Positions 1 to 13,496 are shown, numbered from the stretch's first letter. The stretch is DNA of 64,000 nucleotides from Octopus sinensis (GCF_006345805.1 NC_043004.1:54808001-54872000); one strand, 5' to 3'. The notes: generated by a model not told the origin, from the letters alone. Made by a program: numbers and translations.

Positions 1-680
1 AAAATCGATGTATGCCCTACATGACAAAACACTGGTTACGGTTACACTGGTAACAATTCGTTACGTAAGACCATTTACATGATACAGCCTATAATTTCAC
101 CATAATGGACACTTGGGTAGACAGTAATCATTTCAAAAATTTTTAATCATTTGAAAATCACGGTTCGTGTTTTTTTGTTGGCAGTGAGTGTCTTTTTCCA
201 ACTTCGTCTGCGCCTGCATGTTCTCTTCGAATATTCCATCTCGCTTTTGCGTGCACCAATTCAACAGGCCTTCTATTTTTTTTACTGCTACCATCATATT
301 TTTCAAGCTGCTTCCATCTCGATACCTTCTTAACTTATTTGGGAATGCGCTAATTCAACTGACCTGAACCCTGTTACAAATTTCAATCATAAAATACTTC
401 CTCTCCATTCTTGCATCCAGATCGTTATTTCATTTATATTTCTGTGTCTGATATAAGACCAACACTGATATTTTACCAACACTGAACATCAAGGCTTGGC
501 TTGTATTCTATTGTTTTATCATTTGTTTTCTACCACAGCAACTGGTGATTTTAACAGCTTGTATGTATGGTATAGCCCATTACTTTTATCTCATTAAAAA
601 GAGGCCAGCTAGTGGAGATGAATGCACTGGTGCAAAAACGTTGTAAAAGTATTAAGTTGAACATTAGAATTGAACACTAC

Positions 681-790
681 GTCCAGAAGAGTTGCAGGAG
701 ATTCCGAAGTCGTCTGGAGGCTGTGGTTGAAGTCAATGGCGATTTTATTGAATGAATTTACTCTTTAGTATTTCAATGAGATGTCAGTGT
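681..790 (+). mobile_element. 3' fragment of a Tc1/mariner-superfamily transposase gene
   Basis: 681-755 reads VQKSCRRFRSRLEAVVEVNGDFIE*, a typical Tc1/mariner C-terminus (RLEAVV..NG..IE). The rest of the element is absent. Confidence 0.7.
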
Positions 791-841
791 TATTTTCAGT
801 TTTGCGTAATTTAGATGACAGTTTATTCACTGCACCTTATA

Positions 842-949
842 TGTGTGTGTGTATGTGTGTGTGTGTATGTATGTATGTATGTATGTATGTATGTATGATG
901 TATGTATGTATGTATATATATATATATAATATATATATATAATATATAT

Positions 950-1008
<59 letters not shown>
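842..1008. repeat. Compound microsatellite (TG)n(TATG)n(TA)n(GA)n
   Basis: Seen directly in the sequence. Confidence 0.95.
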
Positions 1009-1009
<1 letters not shown>

Positions 1010-1810
1010 CTAGAAATACATACCTCAGAAAAGAGTACTCCATAATACAAAATAGAGCAAGATATTCATTTGAAGATGAAACTTCATAAAGCACGATTCT
1101 GAGTTCCTCTTTTCTTATTCGTGGGCAATGATGAAATTATTAAATGAAATTATGGATATGCATATGCTAATAATTTTAAGCAAATCATTTTTAGAAATAG
1201 GAGATGGATTAAAACCAATATTTCTGTATTTTTATTTCAAATTTAATTTCCTAAATAGATATTCATTGGATTCTCGATATGTTGTAACGCCTAAGAAAAA
1301 ATAACAATATACAAGTTTGTATAACTTGTAACCTTTACATCTAATTCTTTCAATAGCTTTGAGATTTTTTTTCTAAAATCATGTAACTATTACACATTCA
1401 TTATATGGCAATGAGAAGTTTTTTTTTTATATATATACATTTCAAATTGTGAATTATTAAATTTGTTACGCAATAAATGCAAAATGTGGAAACCTATAAG
1501 TTCACTTACTTCAACAGAATCTAAACTATTCATCTTATATTAAAACAATTAGCGTCAACCTTATGAAAATGACTATCTTTTTAGTGCATAATCATTTTAG
1601 CTTCGGAGTTACTGATTGACATGATTCGTCGCAAAATGTAGAGATTTATTTAATTATCGAATGGTACAGTTCCATATTTAACTGAGTTAACATATAAAAA
1701 AATAATTAATGTAATTTTTCTGAAATGGGTTTATTGTTATGAAATACGGATAGTTATTTTATCAATTTTAAGGATGTTCCTATCTAAAATGTTTACACTA
1801 ACTATATTTA

Positions 1811-2998
1811 CGACGGGCATTCAATAAGTAATGCCCCTGACCCACTTCCCATAGCAATAGAGCAACGAAACTTGGCACAGTTATTAGTCTTTTTCTATAT
1901 AGGAACCACCCAGAGTAACGCATTTCTCTCATCGTTTGATGCAACTCTGGAGACCGTTTTTGTAGAAGACCCCAGCTTGGTCCTCCAACCACGGCGTGAC
2001 TTCAGAAATCAAGGCTGCATCATCTGGGAAACGCTTTCCTTTCAAAAACAGCTTCATGACTGGGAAGAGGTGAAAATCAGAGGGTGCAAGGTCAGGAGAG
2101 TAGGGGGATGGGGGAGGAGTTCGTAGCCGCGTTGTCCTGCAGGAGGAGGATGCCTTTGCTGAGCTTTCCCCGCCACTTGATTTTGATAGCTTCTCTTAAT
2201 TTCCTCAAAAGTGAAGCATAATAGGCTCCTGTAATTGTGGTGCCATTTGCCAGGAAATCTGTCATCACTACTCCGTCCTGGTCCCAGAAGACTGTGAGCA
2301 TGAGGGCTGCACCCTTGCCTTCTTTGGAGGAGGTGAGTCACGGTGCTTCCACTGCATTGACTGGGCTTTGGTCTCTGGATCATAGTGATGGACCCAGGTT
2401 TCATCCTGTGTAATCAGTCTTTTGAAAAATTTTGACTCATCTTCTTGGCACATCTCCAAATTCATCCTCGAGCACTCGACGCGTTCTTGCTTCTGGAAAG
2501 GTGTGAGCAACCTGGGAATCCATCTGGCAGACACCTTTTGCATATGCAAATGGTCATGAATGATAGTTTCCACAGACCCGGTACTAATCTTGGCCTCACG
2601 GGCTATTTAGCGAATAGTTATGCGTCGATCGTCCAAAATGGCAGCCTCAACTTGACGGACAGATGCCTCATCAATGGCAAAAGGGGGGCGACCAGATCTG
2701 GGAGCTGTTTCCACAGAGTTCCGACCATGTTTGAATTCACAATGGGTCATATGATGGGGCATCATCACCATAAGTTACTTTCATTTCATCAAAAGTCTCC
2801 CGTGATGTGCGTCCTTTCAAATACAAAAACCCGGTTCACTACTCGACACTCAACAGGCTCCATTTCACACTTGACTCAGTTCAAACACCTGTAAATCAGA
2901 AACCACAATTAGTTCAGAGCTGTAATTTTCTACTTAATCTATAGAGATACAAATGATTGCACACGCAAAATTTCAGCTAGATCAAGCATTATAGAAGT
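1811..2998 (-). mobile_element. Decayed mariner DNA transposon
   Basis: Contains the transposase relic below. One end reads TA|CGACGGGCATTCAATAAGTAATG (mariner-like TIR after a TA); the other TIR is eroded at about 2998. Confidence 0.9.
1884..2863 (-). pseudogene. Mariner transposase pseudogene (frameshifts and stops)
   Basis: Motifs across frames: MEPVECR.., WIPRLL (WVPHEL-like), ITQDETW, LLLQDNA, PYSPDLAPSDFHLF. The frame ends GGSYIEKD*. Confidence 0.92.
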
Positions 2999-3393
2999 AA
3001 GTGAACTTATAGATTATGCTAACTGAGTAACTATTATTTATTTTTGCATTTCTGAAGAGTTTTGCATATTATTCTAAATTGTCCGTATCTTAATACTCAT
3101 TGTAAACTATACGTCTTTAGTCATAAAACTAAATTGATAAAATATTCCAAAATGGTTGATGTATAAACAACCTATCACCGTGTATAATACTCCTAAACGC
3201 TACCAATCAATCGAATGCCTTTCAATTGTTTACCTACTTCTTTAACATTTCTTTAACATGATTATTTTCAATGAGTTTTTCTTTCTTTTTTACTTTGTGC
3301 ATAAATATAGAAGCTTTACTTCACCACCCGAGGAACCGAGACGTGAAATTCAATGTTGCGACTAGAGAAATTTTAGCTTCAAATAAATAATGT

Positions 3394-3435
<42 letters not shown>

Positions 3436-4357
3436 TGTGTGTGCGTGTTTTCAGAGTGGGGGGGGGGGTGTTTACTTATGTTTATGTTGCTGTGTATCTG
3501 TACAGAAACTTGGACAGAAACAATGAAATATGATACGAAACTGAAATGTTCAAAATGATGGATCTGGTTCTTGAACATTATTAATCTTTAAGAGCGTGGG
3601 CTTACTTATTATTGTTAGTTTTGCTATTATCGTTGTTGTTGCTGTTATCATCATCATCATCATCATCATCATCATTTTCGACGATATCAATATTATCATT
3701 AAAATGTTTTCAAGAATATAAATACTTTATAATTACTGTTAGTTTTATAGATAACACTCAATTGCATTTTATAGCTTATATTTCTGAAACGTCCAAATAA
3801 AATTTTAAACGATTACACTGCAAATAAAACATAGATATTTGATAAAGGAATATTTTACTAATTATTAAGACAATTATACTATCAAAAAGTGTTTTATGGT
3901 GTAGCAAAGAAAGTAAAATATAAATGAACATACAATATATGCCATGTGTATGTATGCATGTATGTATTATAAAACCAATTAAAATATATTGATATGCAAT
4001 ATAACTAATATATATACTGAAATAAAACGAAAACCTGTAAAGTGTATTTAATACGTAATATAACTGAATAGAATGAAATTCATATGACATAGATTAAAGT
4101 AAGTGATAGGAAGTGAAAAGAGAAGCGAAGAAAATATATGACAGAAATAAGAATTCCATCAGATCGGATGTAATATATTTATAAACAGTTTTATGAATAT
4201 TTTATTAATAAAAATACTGTAATTAAAATATTATTTCATCACGTGATGTTTTGACTGTTAAACAATCGATTCTATTGATTTTCATAATGGAAAAAGTGAG
4301 AGAGAATATCAGATGTGACGGAGAGCTAGGTAGATTTATTTGATACTGATTTACATA

Positions 4358-4594
4358 TACTCTTTTACTCTTTTACTTGTTTCGGTCATTTGACTGCGGC
4401 CATGCTGGAGCACCGCCTTTTAGTCGAGCAACTCGACCCCGGGACTTATTCTTTTGTAAGCCCAGTACTTATTCTATCGGTCTCTTTTTTGCCGAACCGC
4501 TAAGTAACGGGGACATAAACACACCAGCATCGGTTGTCAAGCAATCTAAGGGAACAAACACAGACACACAAACACACACACGCATATATATATA

Positions 4595-4643
<49 letters not shown>

Positions 4644-4798
4644 TACGACGGGCTTCTTTCAGTTTCCATCAACCAAATCCACTCACAAGGCTTTGGTCGG
4701 CCCGAGGCTATAGTAGAAGACACTTGCCCAAGGTGCCACGCAGTGGGACTGAACCCGGAACCATGTGGTTGGTAAGCAAGCTACTTACCACACTGCCA
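4358..4798 (-). mobile_element. SINE family A (tRNA-like head, internal TA/CA microsatellite, AAAAGAGT tail)
   Basis: Matches the copies at 35361, 42110, 46379 and 49016; the 5' head is slightly truncated. Confidence 0.9.
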
Positions 4799-4820
4799 CA
4801 TTTTTATTATATATTATATA

Positions 4821-4872
<52 letters not shown>

Positions 4873-4891
4873 TATATACGTGTGCGTCTGT

Positions 4892-4892
<1 letters not shown>

Positions 4893-4930
<38 letters not shown>

Positions 4931-4940
4931 CAGATATATG

Positions 4941-5016
<76 letters not shown>
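4893..5016. repeat. (GATA)n microsatellite abutting the LINE 3' end
   Basis: Seen directly in the sequence. Confidence 0.95.
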
Positions 5017-5293
5017 CAGAGGGCTGAATACAGAGGGGACAAATACAAATGTAGAGCTTTTCTTTTCGAGGGTGGAAAAAAGGAAATAAATGTAAGAGTG
5101 CGATCAAAAGGGATCGAGAGGGAAAAAAAAGGAAAGAAATCGTGTATCACAGAAACATTGATAAAAACATTGATAAAACAAGATTGGGTTCATCCGTGGG
5201 AAGAAAAGCCTACAGAAAAGACCACGGGAACCTCAGTCAGGGAGGAAATAACCACATGAGAGCAAAATGCTCTCTTTCTTTCTTTTTTACGAT

Positions 5294-8200
5294 TTACAGG
5301 GTCATGCTCAAAATGGTTTCGTCACTCGCACGCACCATCTTTGCAACATTCACCCATCTTTTTTTTAATCTTTCGCGAGACAAAACTTCCCTCTCCATTC
5401 TCACCTTCCTTTTCAAGTGGTACTTGAAAAAGTTTATGAGCGATTGGCCAGAGAGGTAAGTGTTTGTCTCTAATCCTTTCGCTCGGGTCCACCACACACA
5501 TTATTTCACCATGGCCACCAGTACGATGAAAACTGCCTTATCTTCCCGGTTGAGGGAAGGGGGCGGAGCAATTCACATGATAGACTCGGCCGATAGGCGG
5601 ATTCGTCCCACACGTGACAGCAGCCGTTCGGCATAAGCCCATAGGTCTGAAATGGTTGGACATTGCACGAGTGCGTGCAGAACGGTTTCGTCGCTCTGAC
5701 CGCATCTCGGGCAAGTCGGTCCAGTGTGTCTGGAACCGTGTCTGTAGAGCTTATCCCGAACAGGCAATGCTTCTCGATAGCACTGCCAGGCCAGGGATCT
5801 TTGGTGATTGTTCATAGGTCCCGGCCCGAAAGTTGTCCTGAACAGGCGGGTCAGGTGTTCCTCGTCGACGCCCAGACTCTGCCCGAGTTCGTCGTCGCAC
5901 CTCCCCTCCACTAATCCTCTATAGAATGCCTTTGTTGTGATGGAGTCGCACAAGTTCGACCCAGGACGGCAGAGTTGCTTGAGAGCAACGCGACACTCGC
6001 GGTGCCATTCGCCTAGCCTCGGTCTCTGCTTGATCCATGACTGTAGTTCGTCCAAGGAGACGAGCTGCGGGAAAGCGCGCCGCACAAAAGGCGACCACAC
6101 CTGTTCACCGTCGTCTATGAAGCGCCGGAGATGTCGCAGCTTCAGCGTATGTCTGCGCATCATCAACCACGGCATGCCCAGCCCTCCATTTAGCGGATGT
6201 TGACAGCAAATGGATCGCCTAACCATCGGAACGTTTCCCTTCCACAGGAAGCGGAAGAGAATACGTTCCAGTTTGGTGATGGTAGGGTCGGGACAAGGCA
6301 CGACGGTCAGACGATACTCGATGACGGATGCGATGTACGCGTTCGCCACCTCCGCCCGACCTTTTAGGGATAGCTTTCTCTCAGCCCATTTCTGGGTGAG
6401 AGTAGCCACCCTAGTCGTTATCTCGCCCCAGTTCTTCTCCATTTGGAGGTCCGGACCGAACCAGGCCCCGAGCAATTTAACCGGTCCGTCCGTCCAGCGT
6501 CCCACGATGGAGACGCTGTTGGACGCCATGGGCCTGCTTCTCCAGGTGCCGAGCCGCAAGCCCACTGACTTTTCCCGGTTAATTTTTGCTCCCGTTACCG
6601 CTTCGTATTCTTTTAGTATCTCGCCAACCAGCTCGATGTGCTGGTAGCTCGACACTATGACGGTGACGTCATCCGTGTATGCAGACACGCTCCTCCCGCA
6701 TCCCAGCTCTCGTGGGATGCCCCTCAGCGTCGCCAGTTTCCGCAGTAGTGGCTCAAGAGTCAATACGTATAGAAGCGATGAGAGGGGGCATCCCTGACGA
6801 ACCGAACGCATGATGTTAAAAGGTCTGGATAGATGACCATTTACGCGAACTACTGAGCGGATGCCGCTGTATAAGGCAGCGATCCAACCGCGGAAAACTG
6901 GACCGAAACCAGCCGCTTTAAGGACAGCCTCCAAGTAGTGATGGTCTACCCTATCGAAAGCTTTTGATTGATCCAAATTGATCAGCGCCCCACCCATGCC
7001 AGGATTCTTAACTACCCTGTCTATGATGTAGCGCATCAGATGGAGGTTGTCATGAATACTTCTACCCGGCACGGCGCATGTTTGCGCCTTGTCGATTAGT
7101 TTCTTGATGACAAGCGCCAACCTCTCGGCTAACACCTTGGCCAAAATTTTCAAATCTGCGTTGAGCAGAGTGATGGGCCTGAAATTATCTATGACGTCCC
7201 CCTTGTTTGGGTCTTTCTTAATCAGTGCCACTGCTCCTCGCTTTACAAAAGCAGGAATACTCCCGTTTTGCTGCCAGTTGCAGTAGACAGCTGCCAAGAC
7301 GCCTCCAAACAAGTCTGGCATATGACAATAAAGTTCGTAGGGCAGACCACCCAAGCCTGGTGACTTGTCTCTCGCTCAGCCCCCCATCGCATCCTGTACG
7401 TCCGCAGCTATGATAGGCCTTTCACAAGACTCCACCTCTCTTGCTGAGAGTTGTGGCAAGGCATGCAGGTAGGCACTAAAGTCCACTCTGCGTTCTGACC
7501 CACCACTTGTCCCAAACAGTTGGGTGAAGTGTTGTTGAAAAGCCCCACACATCCTTTTAGGCTCGAGCAATTCGCGCCCCTGTTCATCTATAAGAGACTT
7601 GATGGTGGCTCTGTTGCCTCGTTGCGTCTCCACCACTCGGGCCTCTTGGGCGGCTCCAACTCCTTCGTTCCTCAGAGCACGCATCCTAGCTCTGACAACG
7701 CATCCCTCGTGTTTGACGTTGAGGTGTTGGTCGAGGGCCAATCTCGCCGCCAGCGTTGGACGCGATGCCAGTTCTAAGTGCCTCTTCTAAAACCTTAACT
7801 AATTCTCCCTCTATTCTATTTCGGTCTAATGCTAGGGCTTTACTGTATCTGACTGATTCTGCTTTAATTGCTTTTTTTAGGGCATACCACCATCTGTTGT
7901 TGATGATAGTACCCGTCAAAGCTCTCTTAACTAATGTGCTGATCCGGTCCCTGTAAACCTGTCGTGCTGTAAAAGACGCGTTCAGTTTCCAGTAACCAGG
8001 ACCCTGCTTATGTGTCTTATCTAAGTCAAGTGTACAAGTCACAAACTTGTGATCTGTGTAACTGACTATATGAAATTGTGGACAACCTACACTATTTTTA
8101 TCTATTGTCCTACAGAATACTCTATCTAAGTATGATCTGGACGACCCGATGCGGTTACTCCATGTCCACATTGGCACATTCGGGTGGTCCAGTCGGTACC

Positions 8201-8725
8201 TGTCAGACAGTTGGAAACGTCTGAGCAGGTCTTTCGGGCATTTGCATCCCCTTCTATTGCTATCTCTGCACACGTAGTCTAGATGCGTGTTCAGGGTGGC
8301 ATTCTAATCCCCCACTAAAAGTAAAGGACGAGACGTTCCCATGAAAGACTCTAGACGTCGAAAGAAATCTGGTCGGCCTGTTAAGGACGGAGCATAAACT
8401 GTTATCAGTCGAAAAGCACCAATTTTGACATCGACATCCAAACGACCAGACTACCCTCCGGGTCTAGGAAAATTGCTCTTACTTTGAGATCCAGACTCTT
8501 CCGGAGAAGCACCGCGGTGCCACCTCTGCCCATTCTCGGTAAGCACGGAGAAAAATAAATGTTGAAATGTGTACCGAAACTGTGCTGGAGTACCCGCGAG
8601 CTGTGGAGTCTGGTCTCACTGACGGCTATGATATTCAGATTTAGTGACTTGATGTCAGTTAACAGGTAGCCTTGTTTGCAAGGCGACCCCAAGCCACGTA
8701 CATTTATACTGCCTATTCTGAGCAT
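5294..8725 (-). pseudogene. LINE ORF2 (APE endonuclease + reverse transcriptase + C-terminal zinc finger), frameshifted
   Basis: Pieces at 8405-8725 (GSINVRGL, AVSETR), 7686-8273 (SYLDRVF, YTDHK), 7376-7741, 5573-7354 (FRPITLLN, DQSKAFDRV, VRQGCPLS, YTDD, CPRCGQSDETVLHALVQC) and 5294-5497. Confidence 0.93.
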
Positions 8726-9421
8726 GTTCCGATAAAAAATTGTGTTTTACACACGAAAAGAAAGTGCAAAAAAGGAAAGAGAGAGAGAAAAGGTTGCTTG
8801 TTGTCCGAAAGTCCTTTGTTTTTCACCTCACAGTCTTCTTCCATGAGGTTTTTATATAGTTTCTTTGATGAATATTTTTGAAATCTCCCTACTGCATCAG
8901 GGTAAAGAGATTTCATGGTGCTGTATGTGTTCTGTGTTACGTGTATTATTTTGATGTGTTGTGGTGATGTTGTGCGTTATTTGTTTTTATGTCGTTTTCA
9001 GTTACGTTGGTGTTTGACCTAATGTGTTCCATTAGGTCGTGGTTGTTTGTGTTTATGGCTGTCAACATTGTTGGGGGGTTTGATGATGGTGTGATTGTGA
9101 TGATGTGTTTGTTTTCTGTGGATGTTTTTGTTTCGGGAGTGGTGAATCTTCCTGCTTTGTTTATTTTTTATTTTATTTTCTTTCCCCTTTTTCTTCTTCC
9201 CCCTGTGGCTATTTGCCAATCTTCTGTGTCTTCTTCGTCTAATGACAAATCAGAGGAATCAGAGCTTGGGAGAGGGAAAATATTGGGGTCTATTGTAGAC
9301 CGTGTTGATTTTGTTGTTGGTGTTGGTTGGTGAGCGTTAGGTTGTGTGTATGCGGTTTTGAGGTGGGGTGTGGGTATTTGTGTGTTTAGTGATTGTAGGT
9401 ATTGTTGTGTTGTTTGGGGTG

Positions 9422-10882
9422 TCAATTTTGTGGGGATTTGGAGTAGTAATTTTTCTTCTTCATTTTCGATGAGTGTCTTTTTGGCAGATGTCCTTGGTTT
9501 GGGAGTTGGTTTATTCTTGGTTGTTGTTGTTGGTGTTGCTTCTGTTCTTGGTGCAGTTGATGTGGTTGTTTGGTTGGTGAGGTTTGTTTTTTTTGATTTT
9601 CTGTAATTAGTCCTGTTTGTACAAATGGTGGTGTGGGTAGTAAAGCTGGCTTTTTTGGTTTTTCCGGCTGCTGTTGTTGTTGCTGTTGTTTTCTTGCGGC
9701 ATATTTGCAATCTTTTTTTAGATGTTGCTCACTACCGCATATGTAGCAACGTGGTCTTCTGCCATCGACGACCACATACAACTTGTGGTCTTCTGATACA
9801 CATATCTGGGTGGGTATTTTCTTTATGTCATCTTGGTTTATGTGTAGTAGAAATTCTACTTTTTTTCCCACCCAGTTTTTGTGTTCCGTGACCGTAGTTT
9901 CTAAAATTGTGAAATCTTCCATTTCCACACATAAGGCCTTTACTAGCCATAGATTGTTCGCTATTTTTGGGACATTGTTTAAAGTGATCTTAGTCACTTT
10001 CTGTCCACGATAGCTTGGTGTTAGTTGTAGCTCATCTGAATGAAGAGTTAGCGTTGAGAAACGTTTTGCTAACTCTTCAGTGTGGAAGACCACTTGTATG
10101 TGTGCGAACTTGTTCCACCAGGTCACATACTCTTTGTAGTTCCAGATGGGTTTCAAGCATTTTTCGATGTTGCTTGTGTTAGCCTTCTCTGGACCTTTTG
10201 TTTTCTTATTAATTATTTTATATATAATTGTTCTTTTTTTTTCATTGTCTAATATTTCTTGTGGTATGTTTATTTTTACTATACCATCTACTTCCGTTAT
10301 TAAAATTTTCGTATCTTTTATCTGCTGTGCAGTAAAATATACTGTTGTCTTTTTTTCTTTTATCGCCTCGGCGAAATTTGTTGTTGTTTTGTTATTGCTG
10401 TTGCTGGTGGTGATGTTGTTGTTGGCTGCAGTTGGTAAAATCGGTGTATTTGGTTTGATTGTGCAAGTAGGAAGGGGTGGAAAATTACTTGCATAGTTTG
10501 TTCCTGTGTTCGAGCAGCTTTTGTCAATTTGTTTGGTGGTCACAGTCTTTTGTTTATTCCCTTCAGTTCTTGGTGTTGGAGTAAACAAGGTCTGAACGGA
10601 ATTGTTGTTGTTGTTATTGTTGTTTTTGTTGGTGGTGTTGGCGGTGGTGTCAGTGGCAGAAGAGACAGTCGTGGCAGCAGATGTCGAAATGGTGGCGCAA
10701 TTGTTGTTATTCTTGTTGTCATTGTTATTGTTGTTGGTAGTTGAGGTAGTGGATGAGGTAGCGGTGGCAGTTGTGGTGGTGGCGGAGGCGGTGGTGGTAG
10801 CAGTTGTAGTCTCGTTGTTGTTGTTGTTAGTGGTGGTGGTGACAGTGCTGTTATCGCAAGTGATTGCAGCGTTTACTGCCAC
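9422..10882 (-). CDS. LINE ORF1 (gag-like nucleic-acid-binding protein), 486 aa open; probably continues by frameshift to about 9.0-8.7 kb
   Basis: CCHC knuckle CYICGSEQHLKKDC, an RRM-like middle region and T/N/Q low-complexity ends. It lies upstream of ORF2 on the same strand. Confidence 0.8.
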   Translation of the reverse strand: MAVNAAITCDNSTVTTTTNNNNNETTTATTTASATTTTATATSSTTSTTNNNNNDNKNNNNCATISTSAATTVSSATDTTANTTNKNNNNNNNNSVQTLFTPTPRTEGNKQKTVTTKQIDKSCSNTGTNYASNFPPLPTCTIKPNTPILPTAANNNITTSNSNNKTTTNFAEAIKEKKTTVYFTAQQIKDTKILITEVDGIVKINIPQEILDNEKKRTIIYKIINKKTKGPEKANTSNIEKCLKPIWNYKEYVTWWNKFAHIQVVFHTEELAKRFSTLTLHSDELQLTPSYRGQKVTKITLNNVPKIANNLWLVKALCVEMEDFTILETTVTEHKNWVGKKVEFLLHINQDDIKKIPTQICVSEDHKLYVVVDGRRPRCYICGSEQHLKKDCKYAARKQQQQQQQPEKPKKPALLPTPPFVQTGLITENQKKQTSPTKQPHQLHQEQKQHQQQQPRINQLPNQGHLPKRHSSKMKKKNYYSKSPQN

Positions 10883-11185
10883 GTCATTCAGGTTTGCACT
10901 TTGCGTGTATGTGTTCTATTTTTCTTCTCCTAGCGTTTCCAGACTAGGACAATTTTAGTCGATAAAGGAACGCGACCAGCGTTCTACAATACAATTTCTC
11001 GACATTTTCAAAATGTCGAGAAGAAAATTACACAAATTAAATAGGGTTGAAACTGCCCCTAGGGGCGAATTCCCCCCTTGGAAAAGCACTCAAACGAAAG
11101 TTGGGTGCCTTACACACCTTATTTACAAAAATGTACACAAAAATTGTGCTATAAATAGTCAAAATAAACGATTACCTTCGGAGCC

Positions 11186-11317
<132 letters not shown>

Positions 11318-11789
11318 TGTGTATGTAATCGATAGTGACAGATTAATACCAAAAGCTAATATTTATTCTCACTTAAAAGTGAATGTTTTGTTAGAAAACA
11401 AAACATTATGTCACTATTAATTGTTTTAATAAATCCACTGGCCATTTGCAACACCTTATCAGGCACTGTGATTCTATGTATATCACTTGCGGAGCAGTCG
11501 CTGCTATTTCCAGCAGTCGGGTGTCTACTATTGGCTAGGCCAAGAAAGACCGAAATCACGTGATCTGGTTGTCGGATTAAAGCGGTGCCGGGACGTGATT
11601 GCTTCTCGCAAGCGATGTAAGCAAGAGTGCTTAAATGCAACACAAAACCATATATATATACATACATGCAAACATGTTGATAAACGTGTTTCAACTGCAT
11701 AGATATACTAGGATCCTATAGTAACCTATTGCTTTAGTTGGATTGATTCCATCCAAGGTAAACATAGCCAGGGTTTTAAAGATAATGTA

Positions 11790-12010
11790 ATGTATATAGT
11801 GGCGGTGATGGCTCCGTAATTAGACCGTCGGGTTGACAAGCTACATCGGTCTTTGCCTTTACCTTGGATAACATCGGTGGTGTGAAGAGGGGAGGCTGGT
11901 GTGCATGGGCAACTGATGGCCTTCCATAAGCAACTTTGCCCGGACTTGTACATCGGAGAGGAACTTTCTAGGTACAATCCCACGGTCGTTTATGACCGAG
12001 GTTAGTCTTT
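11790..12010 (+). mobile_element. Dispersed SINE-like repeat; second copy at about 39245-39380
   Basis: Both loci share the core GCATGGGC(A/G)ACTG..CCATAA.CAACTTTGCCCGGA..AACTTTCTAGGT. Confidence 0.6.
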
Positions 12011-12607
12011 ATTTTTGATACTGCATGTAAGGCTGTAATAAATAAGCTTTATGGATGTACAATTCGCCATCCTTATTTGAACGTCTTTGATATACATTCC
12101 GTATACTGTATAAAATCTAAAGAAGCGAACTCTGGAGGTACTCATCAGTTGAAATACCATTATATTGTTTATCTTAAACAATTCCCAGTTGTTCTGTATC
12201 ATTCCATGCGCTTAATCAGAACCTGGATTATACTAGATTGCATGTAATCTAGCGGCTTGGATTTCTTACCTTTGTCCACTCACTTTTTATACATGTGTGT
12301 GTGTATGTGTGTGTGTCTGTGTGTAAATGCATAAGTGCATGTGTGTGTGTGCGTGTGTGTATGTGTGTGTGTCTGTGTGTAAATGCATAAGTGCATGTAT
12401 GTGTGTGTGCGTGTGTGTGTGTCAGGAAATATTGCATGACTAAACATCTTGACGTGACGCGAGACTACGTAGCTCAAAACTTGTTCCCCCATTGACATCC
12501 ATATCACGCATATACATATCCAAGTACATATACTTATAGTAAGATACATGTAAACACACACACAAAGAGCCATACATATATACACATATATATGTGTATA
12601 TATATGT

Positions 12608-12813
12608 GGCGAGCTGGCAGAAATGCGTAGCCGTATTTCGTCTGCCGTTACGTTCTCAGTTCAAATTCCGCCGAGGTCGACTTTGCCTTTCATCCTTTTG
12701 GGGTCGATAAATTAAGTACCAGTTACGCACTGGGGTCGATGTAATCGACTTAGTACCTTTGTCTGTCCTTGTTTGACCCCTCTGTGTTTAGCCCCTTGTG
12801 GGTAATAATGAAA
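12608..12813 (+). mobile_element. SINE family B (GGCGAGCTGGCAGAAA head), internally deleted
   Basis: Matches the copies at 43899-44128 and 38333-38540; carries a B-box-like GTTCAAATTCC. Confidence 0.88.
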
Positions 12814-12830
12814 TATATATACACATATCC

Positions 12831-12883
<53 letters not shown>

Positions 12884-13322
12884 TACACTCATATATACTT
12901 ACATACAAACTCAAGCACGCGTACACAAGCGGACATATATTTATACGCACTGATAGGTATGCATACATGCATATTTGCCTACGTGTACATATACATTCGC
13001 CCATATATACCTTTATGGAATTTGCATAGAATTTGTACATGCAAACGCAAGCATGACAGCGTAAACTTATATACTTGAGCATATATATTCACACAATTGT
13101 ACCACGTGACATTAGCAGAGATCCCTTTTTTAGAATATCTTAGAATCGTCCATTTTATACTCTTTTATAAACTACGAGCCTCGTAAGTACTTTGGCGTGA
13201 CTCATTCCTGTAGCAACCTCAACTAATGTAAGTTTATACACACACACGTGTATGTAAAGATATATGTTTGTGCATATATATGTATGTACGTACGTATGTA
13301 TATGTACATATATATGTGTCTG

Positions 13323-13423
<101 letters not shown>

Positions 13424-13496
13424 GGGAGCCGGTCTGTATAGATACAGATATGTGTGTATATGTATATATTCATACATACATGTGCATGGATCGATT

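Larger units (their letters stand above)
5017..10960 (-). mobile_element. Near-full-length L1/Tx1-type non-LTR retrotransposon
   Basis: ORF1 with CCHC knuckle, then APE endonuclease-RT-zinc finger ORF2, then a pyrimidine-rich 3' UTR ending at (TATC)n. The 5' edge is uncertain (10960-11185). Confidence 0.9.

Noticed and set aside
1024-1290. Minus-strand exon between a good acceptor (1291) and donor (1024)
   Set aside because: All three frames contain stops.
12260-12285. Strong minus-strand donor AAG|GTAAGA
   Set aside because: No plausible acceptor upstream, only CA microsatellite.
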